Notes: generated from the sequence alone by a model not told the origin. A DNA stretch of 62,901 bases, filler included, from 5 parts of 5 records of this genome joined end to end with filler, not necessarily neighbours in it, one strand, 5' to 3'; shown: positions 8,996 through 19,227, numbered from the whole stretch's first letter. Translations and numbers: made by a program.

Positions 8996-11353
8996 TTACT
9001 CCTTCAATTTTTTAGCTTCCGCAAAGGTAATCTTTTTCCCATTATTGTATGCGATTACAAAAGCTTTAATTCCTTTCTTATTGATGTTTTGAGCCTCGAT
9101 CTTAGCTTCCTCAATATCATCATATATTCCAGTAGTGTATCTATTTGTGGTTTCGTTGACCTTTGCGCGGAAAACAACCTTGAAATTCTGAACAACTGTA
9201 GGTATCGTATTTTTTTCGAATGCACCTACCTGAATAGTATAAAATACTCCTTTTACCTTATTCAAATCTTTAATTAAAGTATTTCCTATCTGATTAGAGT
9301 TACTGCCTGGCTTCACTTTCGAATTTGGTCCCGGTTTATAATCTGTTGATAAAACTTTAAATTCAGTTCTACGATTCAATTGATTCGCAATTTCCTTCTG
9401 ATCTGAATTCAATTTTGCGATTCTTGTTTCTGTTAGCACCTCATCTACTTTCAAGAAATCGTGTTCTTTTGCAATTACAGAATTAATCTTCCTAGGTTCC
9501 GATTCGCCGTAGCCATAAGCAACCAATCTATCCCAGTAAATTCCTTTATCAATTAAATAATCGACAACAGATTGAGCTCTTTTTTGAGATATTTCCTTAT
9601 TCGTAGATTCACTCCCCACAAAATCAGAATGAGAACCCAATTCAATAGTAATTTTTGGATTGTCATTTAATGTTTCTACCAATCCATCTAATGCTTCTTT
9701 CGATTCCTCTCTTAAACTCCAGCTTCCAAAATCGTAGAAGATATTCGGCAATTCTATTGGCTTTTCTATTGCTTTTAAACCGATAATCGATTTAAAATTA
9801 CGACTTACATTAATACCCAAAGTATTTACCAGTTCCTTACCATTTAAATAACCATCTTTTGAAACCATTGCAATGTATTCCAGGTCTGGTTTTAATTCCA
9901 AAAAGAACTTCCCATCCTTACCTGATTTTACTTCGGATTGTTCTCCATCGGTTGAAACGATATTGATTCTGGCTTTTTCAATCGGCTCTTTGCTTTCCGA
10001 ATCCAGCACTTGTCCTGAAAAAGTGAATTGCAAAGGCATGTAGTCAAATCTATAGATATCATCATTGCCTTTTTTTCTGGAAGAACTGAACATGCCCTTC
10101 TCTTGTCCTGCCTGAAAATGAATGGCAAAATCATCAGCGGTAGAATTAATAGGATATTTCATATTATCAACCTGCCAAACTCCAACTTCATTTCTCATTG
10201 CCTGATAAATATCCAATCCGCCCATTCCACCATCTCTATCTGAGGCAAAATAAAGCATGCCGTTGTCACGGATATGAGGAAACAATTCATCCTTATCAGA
10301 ATTAATTGGTCTTCCTAAATTTTGAGGCTCACTCCAACCACTTCCACTTTTCTTACTCATCCAAATGTCATTTCCACCATAGCCACCTGGCATATCAGAA
10401 ACAAAATAAAGAATCGACCCATCATCAGAAATTGAAGGATGCCCAACAGAAAGTGAATCTGCTACCAATTCCTGCATCGCAACTCTTCCCCAATCACCAT
10501 CTTTTCTTTGAACAGCAAATATCTTCGTTCCCTGATTGTTCTTATTAATTTTCCTGGATGATGTGAAGTAGAATATATCTCCACCACTTGTGAAACAGGC
10601 TGCACCTTCATTCCAGTCAGAATTTATGGTATCTCCAATACCATCAGGCTTACTCCACTGATAAGTATCAGTTATTATTTTCCTGCTTTTAGCTTTTCTT
10701 CCTTTTTTCTTCTTACTCTTTCGAACCACTTCATTAGAATAATGCGATTCGTACAAATTTGAAAAATACTCTCCCGTTACACCATCTTTTTTAGGCTTAT
10801 CCTGATATTTTCGATTCGATGTAAAGAAAATAACATTGGTATCTTTCCCCATATAAATAGGAGCAAAATCACTACTTCCCGAATTGAATTCTTTTAAGAT
10901 TTCCACCTTATATCTACCCGGAAATTCTTCCCAATAAGAAATACGTCTTAATATTTTTGATGCATCATCTTTATTTTTCATTTCTGGGTTTAGATCCAGA
11001 TATTCCCAAAAATTTTCCTCTGCCTCTTCCAATCTATTATTTTTCACCTCCGCATAAGCCAAAGCTTTAACTGCAGTAGCAAAAGTATCTCTATTCATTA
11101 TAGCTTTGCGATACCATGATGCAGCTTTTCTTGGCTCATTTATCTCATCAAAACACGACGCATTTTTAAATGCAATTTCTGCTTTTTGCTCTTTATCCTT
11201 TTCCTTTTTATATCCTTTTTCATACATCGATTGTGCATGATAATATTTTCCGGCAAGAACCATTTTATCGCCTCTATTGACATACGATTTTGAGGAACAC
11301 GAAATTAAAAGCCCGATTATGCACAAAATGCCTGTTAAAGAAAGAAGTTTCAT
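8996..11353 (-). CDS. OmpA-family lipoprotein (TPR + PD40 + carboxypeptidase-regulatory + OmpA; PorE-like) with C-terminal SPOR-like domain
   Basis: Lipobox LISC, GGYGGNDIW and GGMGGLDIY PD40 repeats, NIFYDF...SHSD...ISQKRAQSV...NRRTEF OmpA, YTIQVGAF tail. Confidence 0.88.
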   Translation of the reverse strand: MKLLSLTGILCIIGLLISCSSKSYVNRGDKMVLAGKYYHAQSMYEKGYKKEKDKEQKAEIAFKNASCFDEINEPRKAASWYRKAIMNRDTFATAVKALAYAEVKNNRLEEAEENFWEYLDLNPEMKNKDDASKILRRISYWEEFPGRYKVEILKEFNSGSSDFAPIYMGKDTNVIFFTSNRKYQDKPKKDGVTGEYFSNLYESHYSNEVVRKSKKKKGRKAKSRKIITDTYQWSKPDGIGDTINSDWNEGAACFTSGGDIFYFTSSRKINKNNQGTKIFAVQRKDGDWGRVAMQELVADSLSVGHPSISDDGSILYFVSDMPGGYGGNDIWMSKKSGSGWSEPQNLGRPINSDKDELFPHIRDNGMLYFASDRDGGMGGLDIYQAMRNEVGVWQVDNMKYPINSTADDFAIHFQAGQEKGMFSSSRKKGNDDIYRFDYMPLQFTFSGQVLDSESKEPIEKARINIVSTDGEQSEVKSGKDGKFFLELKPDLEYIAMVSKDGYLNGKELVNTLGINVSRNFKSIIGLKAIEKPIELPNIFYDFGSWSLREESKEALDGLVETLNDNPKITIELGSHSDFVGSESTNKEISQKRAQSVVDYLIDKGIYWDRLVAYGYGESEPRKINSVIAKEHDFLKVDEVLTETRIAKLNSDQKEIANQLNRRTEFKVLSTDYKPGPNSKVKPGSNSNQIGNTLIKDLNKVKGVFYTIQVGAFEKNTIPTVVQNFKVVFRAKVNETTNRYTTGIYDDIEEAKIEAQNINKKGIKAFVIAYNNGKKITFAEAKKLKE

Positions 11354-11525
11354 ATTTAAAATTTTCTTATAAAATCATCAGATATCGCTTAAAGCATCGT
11401 TATTCTCAATAAACTAAGAGAATACGACAACTCGTATTACCAAATAATTTTAAAATTGATATAGATCTACAAAGTATAAAAATAAATATTTTATTCGATA
11501 GAATAATCTAATATTTCAAGTAAAC

Positions 11526-11560
11526 AAAAAAGGATGTCCATTTTATGAACATCCTTTTTT
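11526..11560 (-). terminator. Intrinsic terminator after glnA
   Basis: aaaaaaggatgt...acatccttttttt. Confidence 0.65.
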
Positions 11561-11580
11561 GAATAATATTGTAGTCTAAA

Positions 11581-13053
11581 TTAATTATTAAACAATAACT
11601 CTCTATATTTTGGCAATGGCCACATTTCATTATCAACAATCAATTCTAATTTATCGATATGATAACGAATATCTTCAAGATAAGGTCGAACTTTTTGATC
11701 GTACGCATAAGCCATTTTATGACCGTCAACAATTACATTACAATCCTTACGAGCCTCTACCATTTCTTTAACCTTAGCTTTAATAGAAGAAATATGTCCC
11801 GAAATCTCTTTGATCAAATCCTTACGGGCCGAAGCTAGTTCCTCAAATTCGCTATTACTAAAGATATCTCTTAGTCCCTGAACATTTTGAATAAGCTTGG
11901 TTTGATAAGCCACAGCAGTTGGAACAATATGGTTAATGGCAATATCTCCAAGAACACGAGCCTCGATCTGAATTTTCATGGTAAATTTCTCCATTTCAAC
12001 TTCTACACGTGCCTCAAGTTCTTTTTCTGTCATTACTCCACTTTCAATCAATGATCTTTTAGCAGGAGCTTCCAAATACTTTTCTAATGATTCTGGTACA
12101 CTAGTAATATTAGTTAAACCACGTTTTTTAGCTTCAATAACCCAAGCACCTGAATAACCATCACCATTAAAACGGATTGGTTTTGATTCAATGATCATTT
12201 TCTTAAGAACCTGGAAAATTGCCTCATCTTTTTTAATTCCTTCATCAATCAATCTGTCAACGGCAGCCTTAAAATCTCTCAATTGAATTGCCATTGCTGC
12301 ATTTAAAGCAGTCATAGCAGCAGCATTATTTACCGATGATCCAACAGCACGGAATTCAAAACGGTTACCAGTAAATGCGAAAGGAGAAGTACGGTTACGG
12401 TCGGTGTTATCCAAAATAATTTCTGGGATTCGACCAATACCTAACTTCAATGCAGTCTTTTCGTCAGGAGTCATCTTTTTCTCACCAACCTCTTCAACAA
12501 TTTTCTTCAACATTCTTGAAACCTCATCACCAAGGAATACAGAAATAATTGATGGAGGAGCCTCATTCGCTCCCAAACGGTGACTATTTGAAGCTGTAAG
12601 AATTGATGCACGAAGAAGATCCTGATTTTTATATACAGTCATTAGTGTATTTACTACAAAAGTAAGAAACTGCATATTTCCCTTAGGATTTTTCCCCGGC
12701 GCCATAAGCACTACACCTGTATCGGTACTCAACGACCAGTTATTGTGTTTACCCGATCCATTAATGGCTGCAAATGGTTTTTCGTGAAATAAAACACGGA
12801 ATTGATGGTGACGAGCAACCTTTTTCATTACATCCATAACCAACTGGTTGTGGTCATTGGCAAGGTTAGCCTCTTCAAAAATAGGAGCCAACTCAAACTG
12901 TGATGGCGCAACCTCATTGTGACGAGTTTTAACCGGAATACCCAATTTATGACATTCTAATTCTAGTTCCATCATAAAATTAGTAACACGCTCTGGAATT
13001 GAACCAAAGTAGTGATCATCCAACTGCTGATCTTTTGAAGAAGAGTGTCCCAT
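11581..13053 (-). CDS. glnA: Glutamine synthetase type III, 5'-truncated by contig edge
   Basis: TRHNEVAPSQFE, HEKPF..INGSGKHNNWS, HRLGANEAPP, DRNRTSPFAFTGNRFEFRA, WPLPKY. Confidence 0.93.
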   Translation of the reverse strand: MGHSSSKDQQLDDHYFGSIPERVTNFMMELELECHKLGIPVKTRHNEVAPSQFELAPIFEEANLANDHNQLVMDVMKKVARHHQFRVLFHEKPFAAINGSGKHNNWSLSTDTGVVLMAPGKNPKGNMQFLTFVVNTLMTVYKNQDLLRASILTASNSHRLGANEAPPSIISVFLGDEVSRMLKKIVEEVGEKKMTPDEKTALKLGIGRIPEIILDNTDRNRTSPFAFTGNRFEFRAVGSSVNNAAAMTALNAAMAIQLRDFKAAVDRLIDEGIKKDEAIFQVLKKMIIESKPIRFNGDGYSGAWVIEAKKRGLTNITSVPESLEKYLEAPAKRSLIESGVMTEKELEARVEVEMEKFTMKIQIEARVLGDIAINHIVPTAVAYQTKLIQNVQGLRDIFSNSEFEELASARKDLIKEISGHISSIKAKVKEMVEARKDCNVIVDGHKMAYAYDQKVRPYLEDIRYHIDKLELIVDNEMWPLPKYRELLFNN

Positions 13054-13054
13054 T

Positions 13055-13154
13055 NNNNNNNNNNNNNNNNNNNNNNNNNNNNNNNNNNNNNNNNNNNNTT
13101 AATTAATTAANNNNNNNNNNNNNNNNNNNNNNNNNNNNNNNNNNNNNNNNNNNN
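13055..13154. other. Artificial contig spacer
   Basis: 44 N + TTAATTAATTAA (stops in all six frames) + 44 N. Confidence 0.98.
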
Positions 13155-13195
13155 CCGCCCCGACAACATGTACCAACCGTTAGCTGCAAGGCTGT
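13155..13195 (+). repeat. Possible 3' half of an attC-like gene-cassette site
   Basis: ...taccaaccGTTAGCtgcaaggc immediately before a promoter-less ORF; the contig breaks inside it. Confidence 0.4.
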
Positions 13196-13211
13196 GATAA
13201 CCTAAATATAA

Positions 13212-13916
13212 ATGAAGAAACTTATTTTAAACATCGCATTTATACTGAGTTTTTTGTCTACCCTAACAGCTCAGACCGATTTGAGTGGTAAATATTGGTC
13301 AAAATCCTGTGGTGTTGTTCATGGATATTTTTTAAGACTCTTTCCTGACTCAACAGCACACTACACACCAATTTATGAATACGCGGATGATTATGAAAAA
13401 GGAAATTGGCAGGTATCACATGACACTCTTATTGTTTCTTTAAATGAATCAAATAATGTTGAATATTTTAAAATTATAGACTCCTTAAATTTAGATAAAA
13501 TTAATTCAGCTAAACATGTAGATGTAAAACGCTTATACAGATTAGAAGCATATTATCCAGATGGAGACATAAAATATAAAATAAACTTTCACATAGATGA
13601 AGATGGCAATAATCAATTTCATGGCAGGCTATGTTTTTATTACCCAAACAAGAGAATAAGACAAATTGTAGATTATCGGAATGGTAAGAAGCATGGTATA
13701 GAAATTAATTTTAAGTATTACGGTTATTTTGAAAGTCAGGGAACTTGGAAAAACGGTAAGAAACATGGAGATTGGATAACATTCGATTCTGATTATAATC
13801 CGAAAGCTTTTCTTAAATATAAGAATGGGAAAATTATAAAAGAAGAAGGTTCATTTCCATGTTATCCAGGCTGGGATATGGAAATATATGAGAAATTGTA
13901 CAAAGACGAAAAGTAA
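13212..13916 (+). CDS. Secreted MORN-variant repeat (YwqK-like) protein
   Basis: Signal peptide; repeats YYPDGDIK, YRNGKKHG, WKNGKKHGDW, YKNGK. Confidence 0.75.
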   Translation: MKKLILNIAFILSFLSTLTAQTDLSGKYWSKSCGVVHGYFLRLFPDSTAHYTPIYEYADDYEKGNWQVSHDTLIVSLNESNNVEYFKIIDSLNLDKINSAKHVDVKRLYRLEAYYPDGDIKYKINFHIDEDGNNQFHGRLCFYYPNKRIRQIVDYRNGKKHGIEINFKYYGYFESQGTWKNGKKHGDWITFDSDYNPKAFLKYKNGKIIKEEGSFPCYPGWDMEIYEKLYKDEK

Positions 13917-13976
13917 AAACGCCAAGCACATATCAAAACTTAAGGGCGACACCGCTCAACAATAACAATAGAACAA

Positions 13977-14216
13977 ATGGGATTTTTTAACGCTACGGCA
14001 ATAGATGGAGAAGGATTTGTACCCAATGGCAATCCTAATGAATATAAAATGACCATTTATACGGGTGGTTTTGCAGGAAAGAGAAGTGCAACCAGGAGAT
14101 TGGAAAAGGAAATAGATAAATTTTTGAAGACTACGGACTTTAATGAACATCAAATTGTAGATTGCAAATTTAAGTTTGTTCCTAGCGGATTTACATATAC
14201 CATCCGATTTAAGTAA
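13977..14216 (+). CDS. Small hypothetical protein, possibly a 5'-truncated remnant
   Basis: 79-aa ORF co-oriented with neighbours; no signal peptide or recognised motif. Confidence 0.4.
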   Translation: MGFFNATAIDGEGFVPNGNPNEYKMTIYTGGFAGKRSATRRLEKEIDKFLKTTDFNEHQIVDCKFKFVPSGFTYTIRFK

Positions 14217-14293
14217 GTATCAATAAACCAATAGTCATCTTGGTTTATTGCTTGAGATATTATTTAGAAAATCAAACAAAAAGAAAGAAGTAC

Positions 14294-14761
14294 ATGCCGA
14301 TTAATCAATTAAATATGCGGGATAGCATACAGCAAAATCCGAAGCAGCTAAAAGTACATCAGGTTTTTACGAAACTGTTGAGCGAATTGCGATCACGAGA
14401 AATTCCAGAAGAAATTATAGATTCGATAAACGCCAGCATTGATCAATTGAATGCCATTGAATGCAGCGATTCTAAGTATGTGTTGCAAATAAGATCGGAA
14501 CAGAATAAAATCTTACAATTGATAGAGAAGGAATTAAAATTGGTGACAAAATCACACTATCAGAACTTATGGACAGCTTTGGGGATGTGCGTATTTGGTC
14601 TTCCAATTGGTGTTTTGTTTAGTCAGAGCTTAGATAATATGGCATTTATTGGAATGGGATTGCCAATAGGTTTGGTTATAGGTATGGCATTAGGACAGGA
14701 AAAAGATAAAAAAGCGAAAGAAAATGGTTTGCAATTGGATTTAGAAGTAGGTGAGATTTAA
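14294..14761 (+). CDS. Hypothetical membrane protein (two C-terminal TM helices)
   Basis: KLVTKSHYQNLWTALGM...GLPIG...DKKAKENGLQLD; start uncertain (ORF opens at 14240). Confidence 0.75.
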   Translation: MPINQLNMRDSIQQNPKQLKVHQVFTKLLSELRSREIPEEIIDSINASIDQLNAIECSDSKYVLQIRSEQNKILQLIEKELKLVTKSHYQNLWTALGMCVFGLPIGVLFSQSLDNMAFIGMGLPIGLVIGMALGQEKDKKAKENGLQLDLEVGEI

Positions 14762-14810
14762 TTTTAAGAGAACAAGGAGTGTGGATTGTAATTAATACAT
14801 AATAGCATAT

Positions 14811-15935
14811 ATGAACTTACAAGAATTATCGCAACAAATAACGCATAAACAGCTTGAAGATGTTGATCTGTCTCATCTTGATGTTAATGCGTGTAATTTT
14901 TCGGGATGCGTACTAAAAAATGTGAGGTTCGCAAGAGAGGATCAAGAGGAGCGATTGCTTCGAAATGTGAATTTTAAAGATGCAGTGCTTGAAAATGTAT
15001 CATTTGATGGTGCCACTCTGGAGAATTGCAATTTTGATACTTGTAAAGAAGTCAACATTTCCAATTTATCCAGGATTTCTTTTAAAAATTGCAAGTTGAT
15101 TAGTTGTCGATTTCGGAAGGCATCTTTATCCTGGTGCGACTTTAGATACTCTGAGATTAGTCAGGTAACTTTCGAAGCTGCTAAAATAGATTTTTGTGAT
15201 TTTTACAGGGCTTTTTTTATTGGTGTTGGTATTTTTCGAAAGTCTAAAATCAGCAATAGTAGTTTGTACTATACCTATTTTGATGAGGGGTCGACTATCC
15301 GAAAGGAGAATATTTTTGGCAATAAGATATTACAACAAAGCAAGGATGTTTACCGAACATTTCTGGTTGATTGGAATACTTATGGCACTGGTGTAAGAAC
15401 GAACAATCAATTAAACTGTACGTCGGATTGGAATCCGGAAAATTCATTAAAATCTCGCTTTGCTGATGCAGAGGATATTTATAAAAGTTTGAATGGTTTA
15501 TGGATGAGTAAGGGATTTTTAGGTGATGCAAATTGGGCTTACGTTCAGGGGAAAAAGATGGAGCGCAAGCGAATGATAACAGAATTAAATGGAGGTTCGG
15601 TACTCTATAAATTCAAAAAGCTAATTGCTATAATCTGGAACTTTCTATTGGATATCATGTTTGGATACGGCGAGAGTATAAGTAGAATGATATTTACATA
15701 CATCTTCGTTATTTTCGTTTTTGCTTATTTTTACTACGCATCTCCAGTTATATCAATGCCAACTTATATTAAAGCTGTAGGTGTAAGCTTTAAAAATATG
15801 GTTGCCATGTCACCAGCAGAGGTCAAAAGTATTTCTCCATTTATAGATTTCTTAAATGTCATTCAAACAACTATTGGCATACTTATGACAGGAATATTTG
15901 GTTTTATTCTGGGAAATAAAATCAGAAATCAATAA
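14811..15935 (+). CDS. Pentapeptide-repeat protein with C-terminal membrane domain
   Basis: Repeats CNFSG/VNFKD/VSFDG/CDFRY; C-terminal FGYGES + TM + TM. Confidence 0.85.
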   Translation: MNLQELSQQITHKQLEDVDLSHLDVNACNFSGCVLKNVRFAREDQEERLLRNVNFKDAVLENVSFDGATLENCNFDTCKEVNISNLSRISFKNCKLISCRFRKASLSWCDFRYSEISQVTFEAAKIDFCDFYRAFFIGVGIFRKSKISNSSLYYTYFDEGSTIRKENIFGNKILQQSKDVYRTFLVDWNTYGTGVRTNNQLNCTSDWNPENSLKSRFADAEDIYKSLNGLWMSKGFLGDANWAYVQGKKMERKRMITELNGGSVLYKFKKLIAIIWNFLLDIMFGYGESISRMIFTYIFVIFVFAYFYYASPVISMPTYIKAVGVSFKNMVAMSPAEVKSISPFIDFLNVIQTTIGILMTGIFGFILGNKIRNQ

Positions 15936-15955
15936 TTGTAATACTAGAGATAAAA

Positions 15956-16438
15956 ATGAGAATGCAGTTTAAATCACAAGTTCAGGAAACCTTTGATAAT
16001 TACAAAAGAGTGAATATTTGGAGATACTTGTTAGTTGCAAGTTGTCTTACTTTGGTATTTCTATCGGAGTATTATCAAATGTCATTCCTAATGATTTTTG
16101 CAGTTGTTTTTTTTATTCCAGTGCTATTGATCAGGCAAAGACAAATTAGCTTTTATCCAAACGAATTTGTTTTTTATACGTCAAGTTATTGGGGATTAAA
16201 AGAGAGTGTAAAGACTTATGCTTATAATGAGATGAAAGAAATACACTTTAGGGAAGAATTTTTTGATTTTTGGAAGATGTTAATGGGTGGAATAATGGGT
16301 GGTGCAATAGGACCTTCTTATTTGTCAGCCAGAATAAAAATTACCAAAAAGGATGACCAATTAATTTTGATATATCGTTTTGGATCCAAAACGAGATTTA
16401 GAAAGATTTATAAATTGATTGAGCAAAGATTAGGCTAA
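15956..16438 (+). CDS. Hypothetical membrane protein (two N-terminal TM + soluble domain)
   Basis: 160-aa ORF with a hydrophobic hairpin. Confidence 0.65.
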   Translation: MRMQFKSQVQETFDNYKRVNIWRYLLVASCLTLVFLSEYYQMSFLMIFAVVFFIPVLLIRQRQISFYPNEFVFYTSSYWGLKESVKTYAYNEMKEIHFREEFFDFWKMLMGGIMGGAIGPSYLSARIKITKKDDQLILIYRFGSKTRFRKIYKLIEQRLG

Positions 16439-16545
16439 GAGTTGAGCTAAAAGTGAGGTGAAAATAGACTTCACTTTTTTGTTTTCTGTTTCAATCGCTT
16501 TGCTTAAATTGAAAGCTCTTGAATCGCTAACCCAAAATTGATGAT

Positions 16546-17424
16546 ATGATGAATTTTAAACTCACATTCGTATTTTTTATTTCTTGCTTATTTGCTTTAA
16601 CCTACAGTTTACAAGCACAAAACGAGTACGGAAATAATGCCCAAACAGGTAAAACGCTTCAGGTTGGTACATCGCATGTTTACTACGAGACTTATGGAGA
16701 TAAGGATAAGCAAGCTCTGGTACTAATTCACGGAAACTCGGGTTACATTGGAGCAATGGCTTTGCAAATTGATTTTTTCAAGAAGAATTATTTTGTTGTG
16801 GTTGCCGATAATCGAACTCATGGTAAATCGGGCGATACCGATAAATTGACCTATCATTTAATGGCAGCCGATTACATTGCTATTCTCGATGATTTAAAAA
16901 TAAAGAATGCATATGTTTTAGGACAAAGCGATGGTGGAATTATTGGTTTAATCATGGCGATGGATTATCCGCAAAGAGTAAATAAATTGGTTTCTGCTGT
17001 TCCGAATATTACAACAGGTAAGGATGTAATTGCAGAATGGGAACTGGAAATGGGTAAGAATTACAGGAAGCTTATCGATTCAATGATATTGGTGAAGGAC
17101 AAAAGTAGAGATTGGAAAAAGGAAAAGGTACATATGGATTTGATGAAGAATGAACCTAATATTCCTTTCTCCGATTTAAAGAAAATTCAATGTCCGGTAT
17201 TGGTCATGACAAGTGATGATGATATCATTCGCCCAAGACATATTTTGGAAATTTATGAGAACATTCCCAAGGCACACCTATTTGTAATGCCAGGTGCAAC
17301 ACATTTTATGATTCGTGATGAGCATGAATTATTCAATATGATGGTGGATCGTTTCTTAAGTAAACCTTTCAAACGTCCTAAATCAAAACAAGTATTAATG
17401 GAATTAATTGGAATAAAAGAGTAA
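16546..17424 (+). CDS. Secreted alpha/beta hydrolase
   Basis: Signal peptide, LIHGN, RTHGKS, GQSDG nucleophile elbow, GATH. Confidence 0.88.
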   Translation: MMNFKLTFVFFISCLFALTYSLQAQNEYGNNAQTGKTLQVGTSHVYYETYGDKDKQALVLIHGNSGYIGAMALQIDFFKKNYFVVVADNRTHGKSGDTDKLTYHLMAADYIAILDDLKIKNAYVLGQSDGGIIGLIMAMDYPQRVNKLVSAVPNITTGKDVIAEWELEMGKNYRKLIDSMILVKDKSRDWKKEKVHMDLMKNEPNIPFSDLKKIQCPVLVMTSDDDIIRPRHILEIYENIPKAHLFVMPGATHFMIRDEHELFNMMVDRFLSKPFKRPKSKQVLMELIGIKE

Positions 17425-17491
17425 TTGACTTGTGCTTGACTTTATCCCGAAACACCACATCGTTTAAAGTATAACAATAAACCAACTCAAC

Positions 17492-19069
17492 ATGTTGAAC
17501 AGAACAAAAACACGAAGTTTATTAGTGATTTTGGCATTTTTATGTGCCAATATGAATGTGATCGCACAAGGACTGTCCAGTCATCAAATTGATTCTATCG
17601 TGCATAAATCATTAGAGATATTTCCATCGGCAGGGATTGCAGTATCCGTAGTTAAGGATGGGAAATTGATTCATGCGAAAGGCTATGGAGTAAAATCTAT
17701 AGAAAGTAAGGAGGCGGTAGATGAAAATACACTTTTTGCGATTGCCTCGAATAGCAAGGCTTTTACGGCAGCAGCTTTGGCAATTTTAATCGATGAGGGA
17801 AAGCTTTCCTGGAAAGATAAGGTGGTGAAACACATCCCTGAATTTACCATGTACAACTCTTATGTGAGAGAGAATTTTACAGTTGAGGATTTATTGTGCC
17901 ATCGCAGTGGATTGGGATTGGGAGCAGGCGATTTAATGATATTTCCCGATGGTGGGGATTACACCATTGATGATATTTTGAAGAGTTTTCAGTATCAGAA
18001 ACCAGTATCTGATTTTAGAACCAAATACGATTACGACAATTTGCTTTACATCGTAGCAGGAGAAATTGTCCATAGAATTAGTGGAATGTCGTGGGCTGAG
18101 TTTGTAGAAACTCGAATTCTGAAACCTCTGGGAATGGAAAGATCGGTTGGATCGTACGATAGATTAAATGGGAAAGATAATGTTGCTATTCCACATTCAT
18201 CAGAAACAAAAGAATTGAAAGAGGTCGTTGCCTATGCCAGTTCATTAACCGATGCGGCAGGTGGAATCAATTCCAGTGTAAAAGACTTGAGCAGGTGGTT
18301 GTTGGTGCAGTTGAATGCCGGTAAGTATGGTGATGACTTGGAAAATGAACTGTTTTCGGAAGCCAGACAGCGCGAAATGTGGAATATTCACACCTTAAAA
18401 GGATTCTCGGCAACAGGAAATGGAAGATATAACAATCATTACAACGGCTACGGTTTAGGTTGGGGTATCGAGGATTATAAAGGCTATACCATTATTAGTC
18501 ACACAGGCGGTTTACCAGGTATGCTTTCTAAGACTTTATTGATTCCTGAATTGGATTTGGGTGTTGCTGTATTGACTAATGCCTTGCCTGGAGGATATAC
18601 TTATTTTACGCTTGCACAGGCAATTATTGATTCCTATGTGGGAGTTGAGCCAATGGATTGGAATGCTTTTGCCTCGGAAAGATTGAAGGGAACCAATACC
18701 AAGGTAGATTCTATTGTTAATGGTGTTTGGGAAACGGTTGAATTGGCTAGGACAGAAACAATAGAAATGTCGAACTATATCGGAACCTATGAAGACAAGT
18801 GGTTCGGCAAAATGGAAGTTTTCGATAAAGATGGTCAGTTGATGATTAAAGCGTTACGTTCACTAAAATTAATTGGCAGCATGCACTTTTATAAGGCAAC
18901 TACTTTTGCCATTAAATGGGATTACACTGATATGAATTGCGATGCCTTTGCAACTTTTAATTTAGATCAGGAAGGAAAAGCAATATCCATAAAAATGAAG
19001 GGGATATCCCCAAACATTGATTTTAGTTTCGACTTTCAGGATTTGGATCTGCAAAAGGTAAAGGAATAA
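17492..19069 (+). CDS. Serine hydrolase, beta-lactamase/AmpC-like family with C-terminal DUF3471-like domain
   Basis: SNSK (SxxK), LLCHRSGL, YDN (YxN), HTGG; YIGTYEDKWFG; ISPNIDFSFDFQDL. Confidence 0.9.
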   Translation: MLNRTKTRSLLVILAFLCANMNVIAQGLSSHQIDSIVHKSLEIFPSAGIAVSVVKDGKLIHAKGYGVKSIESKEAVDENTLFAIASNSKAFTAAALAILIDEGKLSWKDKVVKHIPEFTMYNSYVRENFTVEDLLCHRSGLGLGAGDLMIFPDGGDYTIDDILKSFQYQKPVSDFRTKYDYDNLLYIVAGEIVHRISGMSWAEFVETRILKPLGMERSVGSYDRLNGKDNVAIPHSSETKELKEVVAYASSLTDAAGGINSSVKDLSRWLLVQLNAGKYGDDLENELFSEARQREMWNIHTLKGFSATGNGRYNNHYNGYGLGWGIEDYKGYTIISHTGGLPGMLSKTLLIPELDLGVAVLTNALPGGYTYFTLAQAIIDSYVGVEPMDWNAFASERLKGTNTKVDSIVNGVWETVELARTETIEMSNYIGTYEDKWFGKMEVFDKDGQLMIKALRSLKLIGSMHFYKATTFAIKWDYTDMNCDAFATFNLDQEGKAISIKMKGISPNIDFSFDFQDLDLQKVKE

Positions 19070-19144
19070 AAATAAGGTATGTTCAGAAACGACATGTCTA
19101 GCATCTCAAAGACGCTTGACATGTTACATATTTTAAGAAAGTAC

Positions 19145-19171
19145 TATAAGTATAAAGTATAAAGTATAAAG
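19145..19171 (+). repeat. Heptamer tandem repeat (TATAAAG)x3 plus a partial unit
   Basis: tataag tataaag tataaag tataaag in the intergenic region. Confidence 0.75.
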
Positions 19172-19227
19172 TGGAGCTGCAATATTTTGTGGCTCTACTT
19201 TTTGTATTGGTAATAAACTGTAATTAG

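Noticed and set aside
13099-13110. TTAATTAATTAA palindrome repeated four times in the window
   Set aside because: Always centred in N runs of identical length; a synthetic all-frame-stop linker, not biological.
17492-19069. Possible antibiotic-resistance beta-lactamase
   Set aside because: Length, LLxHxSGL motif and the C-terminal extra domain fit the broad serine-hydrolase/peptidase family; resistance cannot be claimed from sequence.
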